From NCBI GenBank assembly GCA_963749085.1, contig CAVVLG010000002.1, positions 83,178-147,177 of the forward strand: a stretch of DNA of 64,000 nt. The letters are read 5' to 3'. Under the pieces are notes generated by a model. That model was not told the origin of the DNA. It saw nothing but the letters and a program-made list of their open reading frames with translations, and made no database searches. This DNA is from Candidatus Adlerbacteria bacterium (GTDB lineage Bacteria > Patescibacteriota > Minisyncoccia > Phycocordibacterales > SBAW01). Of the stretch, positions 9,256 through 18,363 are shown piece by piece. The position numbers and the translations under genes were made by a program. The number at the start of each line of letters is the position of its first letter. The stretch's first letter is position 1.

Positions 9256-9465
9256 TCAATCGGCCATTTTTATTCTTCGGTGTTTTGTGCTTTTAAGCCA
9301 TTGTCTATGGCGCAAAGCCGCGGTGCGCACTTTTGCGTGGGAGTGGTTGAGATAATAGCACCAGCCCTCGTCAGTGATGATCGCATTGGTGCCCCAAACG
9401 TCGACCTTCAAGATCGAAAGCATCAACTCGATCTTGCGGATGTTTCTGAGCAGAGGCGATTTCAT
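9256..9465 (-). CDS. small hypothetical protein (69 aa, basic C-terminus), translationally coupled to lysC
   Basis: Its ATG overlaps the lysC TGA stop (ATGA). Third-codon GC is clearly higher than in the antisense ORF 9280-9480. Confidence 0.4.
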   Translation of the reverse strand: MKSPLLRNIRKIELMLSILKVDVWGTNAIITDEGWCYYLNHSHAKVRTAALRHRQWLKSTKHRRIKMAD

Positions 9466-10760
9466 GTGAATGCCTCATAAATTGCACGCACCGCTCGAGC
9501 ATAGTCGCTGTTGGTCACCCCGACGATGATGCTTATCTCACTGGCACCCTGATCCATCATGCGTACATTTATATTCTGTTCGGCCAGGGCCTGAGCAAGC
9601 CTCGCGAGTACTCCGGGCTTATGCGCCATTGCGTGACCGACCGTACAAATGAGCGAAAGATCATCGGTAACGCTCAGTCGATCCGGGTTACATTCCCGCT
9701 TGATGTCTTTGATTAGTTGGTCGAGTTTTCCAGCAACCGTGTGGCTGTCGATGACGACGCTTACGCTATCAATGCTTCCCGGTAAATGTTCGAACCCCAC
9801 CCCGTTATCTTTGAGAACGCCAAGCAGCTTCCATACATAGCCGACCTCATTGTTCATGTTGGCCTTTTCAAGGGCCATGACGGTGAAGTGTTTTCGACCT
9901 GCAATGCCGGTTATAGAACCGGGCGCTCGCGCGGGTGCCTTATCGTCGGCGACTATCATCGTGCCAGCCCCGTGGTAGTCGTTCGTATTGCGTATACAGA
10001 TAGGAATACCGGCTTCCCGGACAGGGAAAACCGCTTCGTCATGCAATACGCGCGCGCCGGCATAAGCAAGCTCCCGCATCTCGCGGTAGGTCATAGCTTC
10101 TATCTTACGGGGATTCTCCACAATAGTGGGATCGGCCATGAGCACCCCCGATACATCAGTCCAGTTCTCATACATCGATCCACCAAGAGCCGCCGCCGCA
10201 ATCGCTCCAGTGATGTCAGAACCGCCACGGCTGAAGTTTCTTATCGAGCCGTCCGGCATTTCGCCATAGAATCCCGGGATGACCATGCCCCGTTTTGTAA
10301 ATGGAAGGAACCGCTCAAAGCGTGCAACGGTCTCCGACATATCGAGCGAGCCGTCAATCTTAAAGCAGATGAGACAGGTTGCATCCACGAACTGGTAGTC
10401 GAGAGCCTCGGCGAGCATCGTAGCCATGTAGTACTCACCACGGCTCACGAGCATGTCGCCGGTCATTCGGTAGAGGTCCGAAGTATCGGTATACAATCCG
10501 AGACCTGCTGCGAGGTCAGCGAAACGTTCTCGCACAAGTGCTACCTGGCCCGTGTAACTCGGCATGCCCCCGTAGAGATAGCTCCGGTAATCGATGAGAA
10601 TATCCGTCACTTTATTGTCGAAGGCATGGCGTTTTCCCGGTGCAGAAACGACCACTACTTTGCGGTGGGGATGATTCCTTACGATTCCGACGACTTTCTT
10701 TACTTGGGCAGCATCCGCGAGGGAAGTGCCGCCGAACTTTGCGATGACAAGATCACCCAT
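9462..10760 (-). CDS. lysC: aspartate kinase with C-terminal ACT domains
   Basis: N-terminus MGDLVIAKFGGTSLADAAQVKKV...VVVVSAPG. ACT repeats at the C-terminus. The ATG at 10760 is preceded by GGAAGG. The track start at 10796 is a GTG. Confidence 0.9.
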   Translation of the reverse strand: MGDLVIAKFGGTSLADAAQVKKVVGIVRNHPHRKVVVVSAPGKRHAFDNKVTDILIDYRSYLYGGMPSYTGQVALVRERFADLAAGLGLYTDTSDLYRMTGDMLVSRGEYYMATMLAEALDYQFVDATCLICFKIDGSLDMSETVARFERFLPFTKRGMVIPGFYGEMPDGSIRNFSRGGSDITGAIAAAALGGSMYENWTDVSGVLMADPTIVENPRKIEAMTYREMRELAYAGARVLHDEAVFPVREAGIPICIRNTNDYHGAGTMIVADDKAPARAPGSITGIAGRKHFTVMALEKANMNNEVGYVWKLLGVLKDNGVGFEHLPGSIDSVSVVIDSHTVAGKLDQLIKDIKRECNPDRLSVTDDLSLICTVGHAMAHKPGVLARLAQALAEQNINVRMMDQGASEISIIVGVTNSDYARAVRAIYEAFT

Positions 10761-10843
10761 GTGCACCTTCCTGTGATAGGACAAGTCTCGGCGCACTGTA
10801 CCAAACTTTAACAGAAGTTCAATTGTGGTATGATTTACGTGTC

Positions 10844-11794
10844 ATGGAAAAACCGAAAACGATGCCGAAAGATTTCTTTCTGTGGGCCGGAGCGATGCTT
10901 TCGCTATATGTGAGCGTCTTTTCATTTTTAGGCCTTATGTTCGATTTCGTCAATTACGCATTTCCCGATCCACTTGCGTACTATCCCGCTGATCCGTATT
11001 CAGGCAGCGTCAGCTACCAAATGGCCTCCCTCATCGTGCTTCTGCCTCTCTTTCTGGTGCTGATGTATTTTATCGATCGGGACATCAAGCGGGATCCGAC
11101 GCGCAGGGACATTTGGGTGAGGCGCTGGGCGCTGGTATTGACGATTTTCGTCGCGGGAGTGACCGTCGCCGTGGATCTTATTGTGCTTCTCATGAATTTC
11201 TTCAACGGGGGGCTTACGACGCCGTTTCTCCTCGACATTGTGATGGTATTTTTGGTTGCGGCGGGAGGTCTCATGCATTTCAGCGCAGATCTGCGCGATT
11301 ACTGGCAAAAAAATCCGCAGCTTCTCCATCGCGTGGGATGGGGAGTGGGGATACTTGCCGTACTCACCATTCTCTCCGGCTTTCTTATCATAGGCACTCC
11401 TTGGCAGGCGCGGTTGTATCAGTTTGATGCGGATAAAATAAGCGACTTGCAAAACATCCAATCGCAGGTCGTCTCCTACTGGCAGCAAAATGACAGACTT
11501 CCCTCAACGCTGAGCGATCTCAACGACTCGCTTTCGGGCTATTCGCTTCCGACTGACCCGCAAACTGGTCAGTCCTACACCTATCAGATAGAAGGCAAGT
11601 CATCGTTTCAATTGTGTGCCACGTTCAATACCGACAGCGGCGGCCTCAATATCATAAATCCTGGAGGGCCTATGATCCCGGCCGGCCCAGCCGGTGCCGG
11701 TGACATCGCCAATAATAACTGGCAGCATGGCTCGGGGCCGACCTGCTTCTTGCGCACCATTGACCCCGCGCTCTATCCTCCGGTTACGAAATAG
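10844..11794 (+). CDS. polytopic membrane protein (about 4 TM, DUF5671-like) fused to a C-terminal type IV pilin / GspG pseudopilin-like domain. It has no prepilin cleavage motif.
   Basis: C-terminal QARLYQFDADKISDLQNIQSQVVSYWQQNDRLPSTLSDL...LPTDPQTGQSYTYQ matches the pseudopilin pattern. There is no G/FTLIE motif. The ATG at 10844 is chosen over the TTG at 10823. Confidence 0.6.
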   Translation: MEKPKTMPKDFFLWAGAMLSLYVSVFSFLGLMFDFVNYAFPDPLAYYPADPYSGSVSYQMASLIVLLPLFLVLMYFIDRDIKRDPTRRDIWVRRWALVLTIFVAGVTVAVDLIVLLMNFFNGGLTTPFLLDIVMVFLVAAGGLMHFSADLRDYWQKNPQLLHRVGWGVGILAVLTILSGFLIIGTPWQARLYQFDADKISDLQNIQSQVVSYWQQNDRLPSTLSDLNDSLSGYSLPTDPQTGQSYTYQIEGKSSFQLCATFNTDSGGLNIINPGGPMIPAGPAGAGDIANNNWQHGSGPTCFLRTIDPALYPPVTK

Positions 11795-11827
11795 CAGCGG
11801 TATTTTCTCTATGCTAGGGTAGGGTGT

Positions 11828-14248
11828 ATGTCCGCGTACGACCATAAGAAGATTGAAGCCAAGTGGCAAAAAATTTGGCAGGAAACCGACGCATACAAGA
11901 CTGATACTGATACGAGCAAGCCCAAATACTACGTGCTCGACATGTTTCCATATGCTTCGGGCGCCGGCCTCCATGTGGGGCATCCCAAGGGATATATAGC
12001 CTCCGATATCCACGCGCGCAAACGGCGTATGGAAAGATATCGTGTGCTTCATCCCATGGGTTGGGACGCGTTTGGTCTGCCCGCCGAAAATTACGCAATA
12101 AAAACAGGGACATCGCCGCAGAAAACAACCGACGAATCAATAGCGACGTTCAAAAAACAAATTTCAATTCTCGGCCTCTCCTATGACTGGGCGCGGGAAT
12201 TGGCGACAGATAAACCCGAATATTACAAATGGACGCAGTGGCTTTTCATCAAATTTTTTGAGAAAGGATTGGCGTATAAAAAGAAAGCACTAGTCAATTG
12301 GGATCCGGTGGATCAGACCGTACTCGCTAATGAGCAAGTACTTCCCGACGGCACGGCCGAGCGCTCGGGTGCCAAGGTGGAGAAAAAAGAACTTGAACAG
12401 TGGTTTTTCAAGATTACCGAGTACGCCGATGAACTTATCGGAGATTTGGATAAGGTGGATTGGCCCGCATCAACAAAAATAAACCAGCGCAACTGGATAG
12501 GGAGAAGCGAGGGACTTGTTTTTCACTCACCGGTCAAAGATACCGACATCGTCATAGAAACGTTCTCGGCTCATTTTGAAGCATATTGCGCGGACACCTT
12601 TATTGTCATTGCCCCGGATCATCCGCTCTTGCCGGTGTTGCTCGAAGGAATTTCAAATAAAGAAGAAATTTTATTGGGAGCCAAGGATATGGTTCGCAAG
12701 CGCACTGAACAAGGTAGGGAGGAAGTGAAGGAAGTGGAAGGAATTTTTACTGAACGCTATACGGTGGATCCGATTGGAAACGGTGAGCTTCCTATCTGGA
12801 TCGCAAATTATGCCCTGGCGGATTACGGAACGGGGATAGTGAAATGTTCCGCTCACGATGAGCGCGATTTCGCCTTTGCAAAAAAATACAATATTCCTCT
12901 AAAGGCAGTGCTTGTTCCTGAGGAAAAGGAATCCCGCACTCAAGTGGAGCGCCTCGAAGTGTGTTACAGCGACATGAAAAACGGTATATTGCTTGAACCT
13001 CCAGCATTTGCCGGCAAGCGAGCGAGAGAAGTCCGAAATGAGATAATCGAATTTGTAGAAAAAGAAGGTCTCGCTAAACGTCGTACTACCTACCGCCTCA
13101 GAGATTGGCTTCTATCGCGACAGCGGTATTGGGGAGCGCCTATCCCGATAGTCTATGACTCTGAGGGAGTGCCCCATATCATTCCCGAAGAACATTTGCC
13201 GTGGCTTCTTCCCACCGATGTGGAGTACCTGCCTAAAGGAACCTCGCCGCTTGGTTCATCCAAGGAGTTGTTCGCGCGTACGGAAAAAATATTCGGCAAA
13301 GGATGGAAGCCCGAAATAGACACCATGGATACATTCGTATGCTCCTCGTGGTATTTTTTGCGTTTCGCCGATCCTCGCGACGATAAAGTATTCGCCTCCA
13401 AAGAAGCGCTGCAGAAGTGGCTTCCCGTCGATCTATACGTGGGCGGAGCGGAACACACAGTGCTCCATCTTATGTATGCTCGTTTCTTTACTAAAGTGCT
13501 GCGAGACATGGGGTGCCTCTCCTTTGGCGAGCCGTTTTTGAAACTGCGGCATCAGGGCCTTATTTTGGCCGAGGACGGGCGCAAAATGAGCAAACGCTGG
13601 GACAACGTCATCAATCCCGACGATATGGTTGGGCGCTTCGGGGCGGATTCCCTGCGCGTCTACGAGATGTTTATGGGCCCCTTTGAGCAGCAAATAGCCT
13701 GGAGCACCGACGGGGTGGTGGGCGTGCGCCGCTTTATCGAGCGGGTGTGGGCGATACAGGGCAAGGTAACGGGGTCGATGGTGGGGCAGGAGACTGCCGT
13801 TTTGCTTCAACAAACAATAGAGAAAGTGTCGCACGACATCGAGCTGTTCAAATTCAACACCGCTGTCTCTGCGCTCATGATTTTTTCAAATCACCTCGCT
13901 ACTTTGAAGGAGATCCCAGTATCGGCCTATGGTGTACTTCTGCAGTTGCTTCATCCCTTTGCACCGCATGTAACGGCGGAAATAGCATCGCTCGGGGGCT
14001 ATGAAAAACTCCTGCACACATGGCCTCAGTCAGAAGCACCCTCGGTCCATCGCACGAGCAAAGTGTCAGTTCAAATAAATGGCAAAGTGAGAGGGGCTCT
14101 GGTTCTTCCTCAGGGCGTCTCAGAAGTCGAGGCACTGCAGCTCGCGCGACAGGAGCCCACGGTGGCAAAATGGCTCTTGCAAGGCAAGGAAAAAAGAGCC
14201 ATTTATGTCCCTGGCAGGGCCATAAATTTCATCGTTGACACTATTTGA
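11828..14248 (+). CDS. leuS: leucine--tRNA ligase
   Basis: PYASGAGLHVGHPKGY (HIGH motif). KMSKRWDNV (KMSKS motif). Editing (CP1) domain present. 806 aa. Confidence 0.95.
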   Translation: MSAYDHKKIEAKWQKIWQETDAYKTDTDTSKPKYYVLDMFPYASGAGLHVGHPKGYIASDIHARKRRMERYRVLHPMGWDAFGLPAENYAIKTGTSPQKTTDESIATFKKQISILGLSYDWARELATDKPEYYKWTQWLFIKFFEKGLAYKKKALVNWDPVDQTVLANEQVLPDGTAERSGAKVEKKELEQWFFKITEYADELIGDLDKVDWPASTKINQRNWIGRSEGLVFHSPVKDTDIVIETFSAHFEAYCADTFIVIAPDHPLLPVLLEGISNKEEILLGAKDMVRKRTEQGREEVKEVEGIFTERYTVDPIGNGELPIWIANYALADYGTGIVKCSAHDERDFAFAKKYNIPLKAVLVPEEKESRTQVERLEVCYSDMKNGILLEPPAFAGKRAREVRNEIIEFVEKEGLAKRRTTYRLRDWLLSRQRYWGAPIPIVYDSEGVPHIIPEEHLPWLLPTDVEYLPKGTSPLGSSKELFARTEKIFGKGWKPEIDTMDTFVCSSWYFLRFADPRDDKVFASKEALQKWLPVDLYVGGAEHTVLHLMYARFFTKVLRDMGCLSFGEPFLKLRHQGLILAEDGRKMSKRWDNVINPDDMVGRFGADSLRVYEMFMGPFEQQIAWSTDGVVGVRRFIERVWAIQGKVTGSMVGQETAVLLQQTIEKVSHDIELFKFNTAVSALMIFSNHLATLKEIPVSAYGVLLQLLHPFAPHVTAEIASLGGYEKLLHTWPQSEAPSVHRTSKVSVQINGKVRGALVLPQGVSEVEALQLARQEPTVAKWLLQGKEKRAIYVPGRAINFIVDTI

Positions 14249-14298
14249 CCCATCGTCTACAGTGTGATATATTAAGCAGCATTAAAGAGCTGAAGTAT

Positions 14299-15342
14299 AT
14301 GGCACCCACGAGCGATAAAACCGGTTTCAAACCTAAAGCGATAGTACGCAAACTGCTCGCGAGTCTGCCGGAGCGCTCGCGCATAGTGCTGGAAGCCCGT
14401 TTTGGCCTCGGCACCAACCCCGAGCGCGTGACTTTGGAGTCTATAGGGAAGCGCTACAATATTACGCGCGAGCGGGTGCGACAAATAGAAAATCACGCCC
14501 TCACACAACTCAAAAAATCCCCTGCGTTTATCGACGCCGACGCGGCTTTTCATGAGCTTGAGCGTATCGTCGACTCTCTCGGCGGCATCGTCTGCGAGAG
14601 CGACCTTCTCAATTTCATTACCAAAGACAAGTCGATGCAAAACTATATTTATTTTCTCCTCGTGCTCGGCAACCCGTTCAAGTTCCGCAAAGAAGACGAT
14701 GAAGTAGAGCGCTGCTGGTACGTGGATCCGGAGCTTGCCAAGAAAGTGGAGCAGGCGCTGCGCAGCCTCTACGAGAGCCTCTCTGACGAAGACCTCATAC
14801 CGGAGGGAGAGATGATTGACCGCTTCCTTAAAGAGATGCAGGACATCAACGACAAGCACCGCAACGCCGAAGTTGCCAAGCGCTGGCTTTCTATTTCAAA
14901 GAAAATAGGCAAGAACCCGCTCGGCGAATGGGGCCATGCGTCTTCTCCCAACGTTAAAACCAAAGGGGTGCGCGATTACGCCTACTTGGCGGTCAAAAAA
15001 CACGGTAGCCCGTTGCACTTCAAAGAAGTTGCGGCTCTTATCGAAAAAATGTTCAACCGTGCGGCACATGTGGCGACCACGCACAACGAGCTCATCAAAG
15101 ATGATCGTTTTGTGTTGGTTGGTCGCGGGATGTACGCACTTAAAGAGTGGGGCTACGCCTCCGGGGTTGTGCGCGACGTCATCCGTAACATTTTGCGCGA
15201 CAACGGACCGCTCACGAAGGAGCAAATAATTGAGAAGGTGCTCAAAGAGCGCCATGTCAAACCTGGCACTGTGGTCGTCAACCTCCAAAATCAGAAATAT
15301 TTCAAGCGCGGCAAGGACGGCAAGTTCGTGTTGGTGAAATAA
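14299..15342 (+). CDS. putative transcription regulator with an N-terminal sigma-70 region-4-like HTH and a C-terminal HARE-HTH (RpoE-delta-like) domain
   Basis: RSRIVLEARFGLG...ERVTLESIGKRYNITRERVRQIENHALTQLKK. C-terminal HGSPLHFKEVAALIEKMF...DDRFVLVGRGMYALKEWGY. ATG at 14299. The track start at 14245 is a TTG overlapping the leuS stop. Confidence 0.6.
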   Translation: MAPTSDKTGFKPKAIVRKLLASLPERSRIVLEARFGLGTNPERVTLESIGKRYNITRERVRQIENHALTQLKKSPAFIDADAAFHELERIVDSLGGIVCESDLLNFITKDKSMQNYIYFLLVLGNPFKFRKEDDEVERCWYVDPELAKKVEQALRSLYESLSDEDLIPEGEMIDRFLKEMQDINDKHRNAEVAKRWLSISKKIGKNPLGEWGHASSPNVKTKGVRDYAYLAVKKHGSPLHFKEVAALIEKMFNRAAHVATTHNELIKDDRFVLVGRGMYALKEWGYASGVVRDVIRNILRDNGPLTKEQIIEKVLKERHVKPGTVVVNLQNQKYFKRGKDGKFVLVK

Positions 15343-15367
15343 ATCCCGCTCAGGCGGGATTTTTCAT
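15343..15367 (+). terminator. rho-independent terminator (atcccgc-tcag-gcgggat plus ttttt)
   Basis: Hairpin plus T-run immediately after the 15342 stop. Confidence 0.65.
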
Positions 15368-15384
15368 ATGCTAAAATAGTTTTC

Positions 15385-16704
15385 ATGGGTAAGTTCTATA
15401 AAAAATTCAGATTCTATCTCAATCTCTATGCCTTGGAAGGTCCATATATAGGTCTCATATTTCTTTACTTTATTATAGTGTGGGTACCATTCCACTGGGA
15501 TGTGTGGCTTCTCATCTGGGGGTTTTTAGTTGCCTCATTTCCATTCGTGTTGCCGTTGTTACTTGGTGTCATTTTTCTTAAAGCTTATCTGGAGTACAAG
15601 CGCAACCGGTATTACTTTGCCCAAGAATACTGCGTGCTGGAAGTCAAACTGTCCGAGGATATAACCCAGGGGCCCTACGCCATGGAGCTAGTGCTGCGTG
15701 CACTCTACGATACCGGTGAGGTGGATACACCCGCACATGAATGGCGCGGCAACACCAAACCATGGTTTTCGCTGGAGTTAGTTTCAACCGAAGGGGCAGT
15801 GCGTTTCTATCTCTGGATGCGCGTTAAATTCAAAGAGAGAATCAAAGCCCAATTGTATGCACACTATCCGACGGTGCAGGTCGTTGAGGTATCTGATTAC
15901 ACACTTGAGGTTCCGTGGGACAGCGGAGAATATGACCTGTGGGGTATCGAGCAAAATCTGCAGAAGCCCGACCCATATCCGCTCGCGACCTACATTGAGC
16001 AAGGGCTCACCAAGCCGGATCTCAAAGAGGAATTCAAATCAGATCCCATGGTATCGCTCATAGAATTTTTTGGCAGCATGGGCAAAGGAGAGCACGCGTG
16101 GCTTCAGATAATTATTCGTGGGCACACTAAGTGCTATTGGTCAGTCGAAAAATATCACGAACACCTCAAACTCGAAGATTGGACGGAACGCGAAGTGCTT
16201 GAACTAGGGAAAAAATTCGCTGATCAAGACGATCGGCCTAACTATTCGCGCTTGCCGGAGGGTGACAAGGAAGCCGTTAAAGCCATGCAGAACAAACTTA
16301 ACAAGCAGATTTTTGATGTCGGCATTCGCGCCATCTACATCGCTCGCAAGGAGGATTGGAAGGGAGGCATCCGCCAAAACGGGTTTCCGACCATGTTCCG
16401 CTCTTTTGAGCACGGTTCGGAGGGACGAGGGCTCAATGGGCTAAAACCCATTTTCTACATTGGTCCATTTAACGTAAAGTGGCACGATTTTTTAGGCATT
16501 CGTCGCAGAATGCTGAAGAAAAAATTCTATAACGGCTACGTATTGCGACAATATTTCTACGAACCCTACAAGGATCTTCACATAGCGCTTAATTCCGAAG
16601 AGATAGCGAGCATCTACCATTTCCCGGGCAAGGTAGCCCATACGCCGACCTTGCAGCGCATGCCCTCGAGACGCTCAGAAGCTCCCGCCAATCTGCCGGT
16701 CTAG
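15385..16704 (+). CDS. hypothetical membrane-anchored protein (two N-terminal TM helices, about 370-aa soluble domain), no recognisable family
   Basis: ATG 8 nt downstream of a TAAAAT hexamer. There is a long ORF with balanced composition. Confidence 0.6.
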   Translation: MGKFYKKFRFYLNLYALEGPYIGLIFLYFIIVWVPFHWDVWLLIWGFLVASFPFVLPLLLGVIFLKAYLEYKRNRYYFAQEYCVLEVKLSEDITQGPYAMELVLRALYDTGEVDTPAHEWRGNTKPWFSLELVSTEGAVRFYLWMRVKFKERIKAQLYAHYPTVQVVEVSDYTLEVPWDSGEYDLWGIEQNLQKPDPYPLATYIEQGLTKPDLKEEFKSDPMVSLIEFFGSMGKGEHAWLQIIIRGHTKCYWSVEKYHEHLKLEDWTEREVLELGKKFADQDDRPNYSRLPEGDKEAVKAMQNKLNKQIFDVGIRAIYIARKEDWKGGIRQNGFPTMFRSFEHGSEGRGLNGLKPIFYIGPFNVKWHDFLGIRRRMLKKKFYNGYVLRQYFYEPYKDLHIALNSEEIASIYHFPGKVAHTPTLQRMPSRRSEAPANLPV

Positions 16705-16803
16705 TACCACTCAATGGATCCCAAAGAACCCCTTCACCATAGGATTCGGCATCATATTGTGCACACGGCAGGCGTCTGTGACGCGTGGTGTAGGGAAGCG
16801 CGT

Positions 16804-17757
16804 ATGTATGACAGGATTTTGCCCGCCTCTTTTTTGGTCGGGGTGCTGTTGTTTCTTGTATATTTTGTCACGCTCGCAGCCCCTCTTAATTTCCCCAGTG
16901 CCTCGCTGGTGCATATTTCAGAAGGCGCAAATATCACCGAAGTGGCTCAGCTGTTGAAGCAAAAAAATATCATACGCTCGGCGCTCCTCTTCGAAGGTCT
17001 TGAGCGATTGCGTGGCGGCGGAGCCATAGTTATTGCTGGGGAATATTTTTTCCCCGGACCGGAGACAGTGATTACCGTGGCTAATCGCATTGCGTCAGGC
17101 GACCACGAGCTCACGCCGGTACGCGTGACGGTGCCCGAAGGCGTGACAGCAGTCCAGATATCGCATCTCCTCGCCCAGGACGTGCCGGATTTTGACAGTA
17201 CGGGGTTTCTCGCCCTGGCGCAGCCTAAGGAAGGGACCCTCTTTCCCGACACGTACTTTTTTCTGCCGGGGGAAGATGTCGACCTGGTCCTCACCACGTT
17301 CGAGAATGATTTCAACGAGCATATTGATGCCCCTACAGTTGCCGAAGCGATAACGACTTTTGGGAAACCGCAAAGCGAGGTCATTACCATGGCGTCTATC
17401 CTTGAGAAGGAAGCGCCCGATACGAAAGACAGGGAGATAATCTCCGGCATCTTGTGGAAGAGAATCTCCATTGGTATGGCGCTCCAGGTTGATTCAGCCT
17501 TTGTCTATATTTTGGGGGTTGATTCGCTGCAGCTAACCACAGCCGATTTGGCAACTTCCTCGCCGTACAATACCTACACCCATAAAGGGCTGCCGCCCGG
17601 ACCCATTTCTAATCCCTCCCTCGATTCTATCCTCGCAGCAGTGCAGCCGATACAAACAGACTACCTTTATTACCTATCGGATCTGCAAGGAAACATTCAC
17701 TACTGTGCGACGTATGCATGTCAACTCGTAAATCAAAGAAGATATTTAGGGGATTAA
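16804..17757 (+). CDS. mltG: endolytic murein transglycosylase MltG (YceG family)
   Basis: N-terminal TM, then YNTYTHKGLPPGPISNP signature. Start taken at the internal ATG (MYDRILPASFLVG), which follows AGGGAAG. Confidence 0.8.
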   Translation: MYDRILPASFLVGVLLFLVYFVTLAAPLNFPSASLVHISEGANITEVAQLLKQKNIIRSALLFEGLERLRGGGAIVIAGEYFFPGPETVITVANRIASGDHELTPVRVTVPEGVTAVQISHLLAQDVPDFDSTGFLALAQPKEGTLFPDTYFFLPGEDVDLVLTTFENDFNEHIDAPTVAEAITTFGKPQSEVITMASILEKEAPDTKDREIISGILWKRISIGMALQVDSAFVYILGVDSLQLTTADLATSSPYNTYTHKGLPPGPISNPSLDSILAAVQPIQTDYLYYLSDLQGNIHYCATYACQLVNQRRYLGD

Positions 17758-17759
17758 AG

Positions 17760-17810
17760 AAAAAAACACCCTCTACCATCGGACCGGCAGAAGGTGTGTG
17801 GGTGTTTCAG
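17760..17810 (-). terminator. rho-independent terminator for the minus-strand transporter gene (stem aacaccc/gggtgtt, then T7)
   Basis: On the minus strand the sequence reads aaacaccc...gggtgttttttt. Confidence 0.6.
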
Positions 17811-18280
17811 TGAAGGGACGATGCTTCGTGGATTTTACTTGTGGCGAGGATAATCCCCCCTGAAACTACGAGTCCACAGCCGAGCAACGCGCGCCACGGG
17901 TTCATCCTCATTTCGAGGAAGACGATTTCCCATACCGATGCCATGATCGGGGAAGAGGCAATAAGTCCAAGTACCAATGCGATGGGTGCCCGCGGTATGG
18001 CCAAAGCGCTGTTCATCAAGATGAAGGAACAGCTCGTGATAAGTCCGATGAGCAGGCATAGGCCGATGGTGGATGAGCCCCATCCAAATGTCAGCGGTAT
18101 AGAACGCACGCTCCACACGAAACTCATGAGTACAGACATCATTCCATAGAACAGAAGCAGAGTCGTTGGAGAAGCGCCCATTTTGACCATTGCCGTCTTC
18201 GACAGCACGGGCACAATGCTGTAGCACAGCGCCGCAAGAAGTGACAGAGCCACTGGGGAGGCGAGAAGTTGTTTGAGCAT
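17807..18280 (-). CDS. single-domain EamA/DMT-superfamily small membrane transporter
   Basis: About 5 TM helices, EamA-like. Start at the internal ATG (MLKQLLASPVAL), preceded by AAAGGAAAG. The track start is a TTG. Confidence 0.55.
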   Translation of the reverse strand: MLKQLLASPVALSLLAALCYSIVPVLSKTAMVKMGASPTTLLLFYGMMSVLMSFVWSVRSIPLTFGWGSSTIGLCLLIGLITSCSFILMNSALAIPRAPIALVLGLIASSPIMASVWEIVFLEMRMNPWRALLGCGLVVSGGIILATSKIHEASSLH

Positions 18281-18363
18281 CGGGCTTTCCTTTGGTGGGA
18301 ACGAAGGCTGATACACGGTGTAACATTTTTGTTTATCTTCGTCAAATAACCTATAGTGTGAGG

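Noticed and set aside
9233-9300. Possible intrinsic terminator after ychF (ggcc...ggcc plus atttttattc)
   Set aside because: Only a 4-bp stem with a 16-nt loop, and the halves form a direct rather than an inverted repeat. Not convincing.
10761-11827. Possible lysine riboswitch upstream of lysC or T-box leaders upstream of leuS, alaS, trpS, aspS and gltX
   Set aside because: The upstream non-coding intervals are only 20-85 nt, far too short for these leaders.
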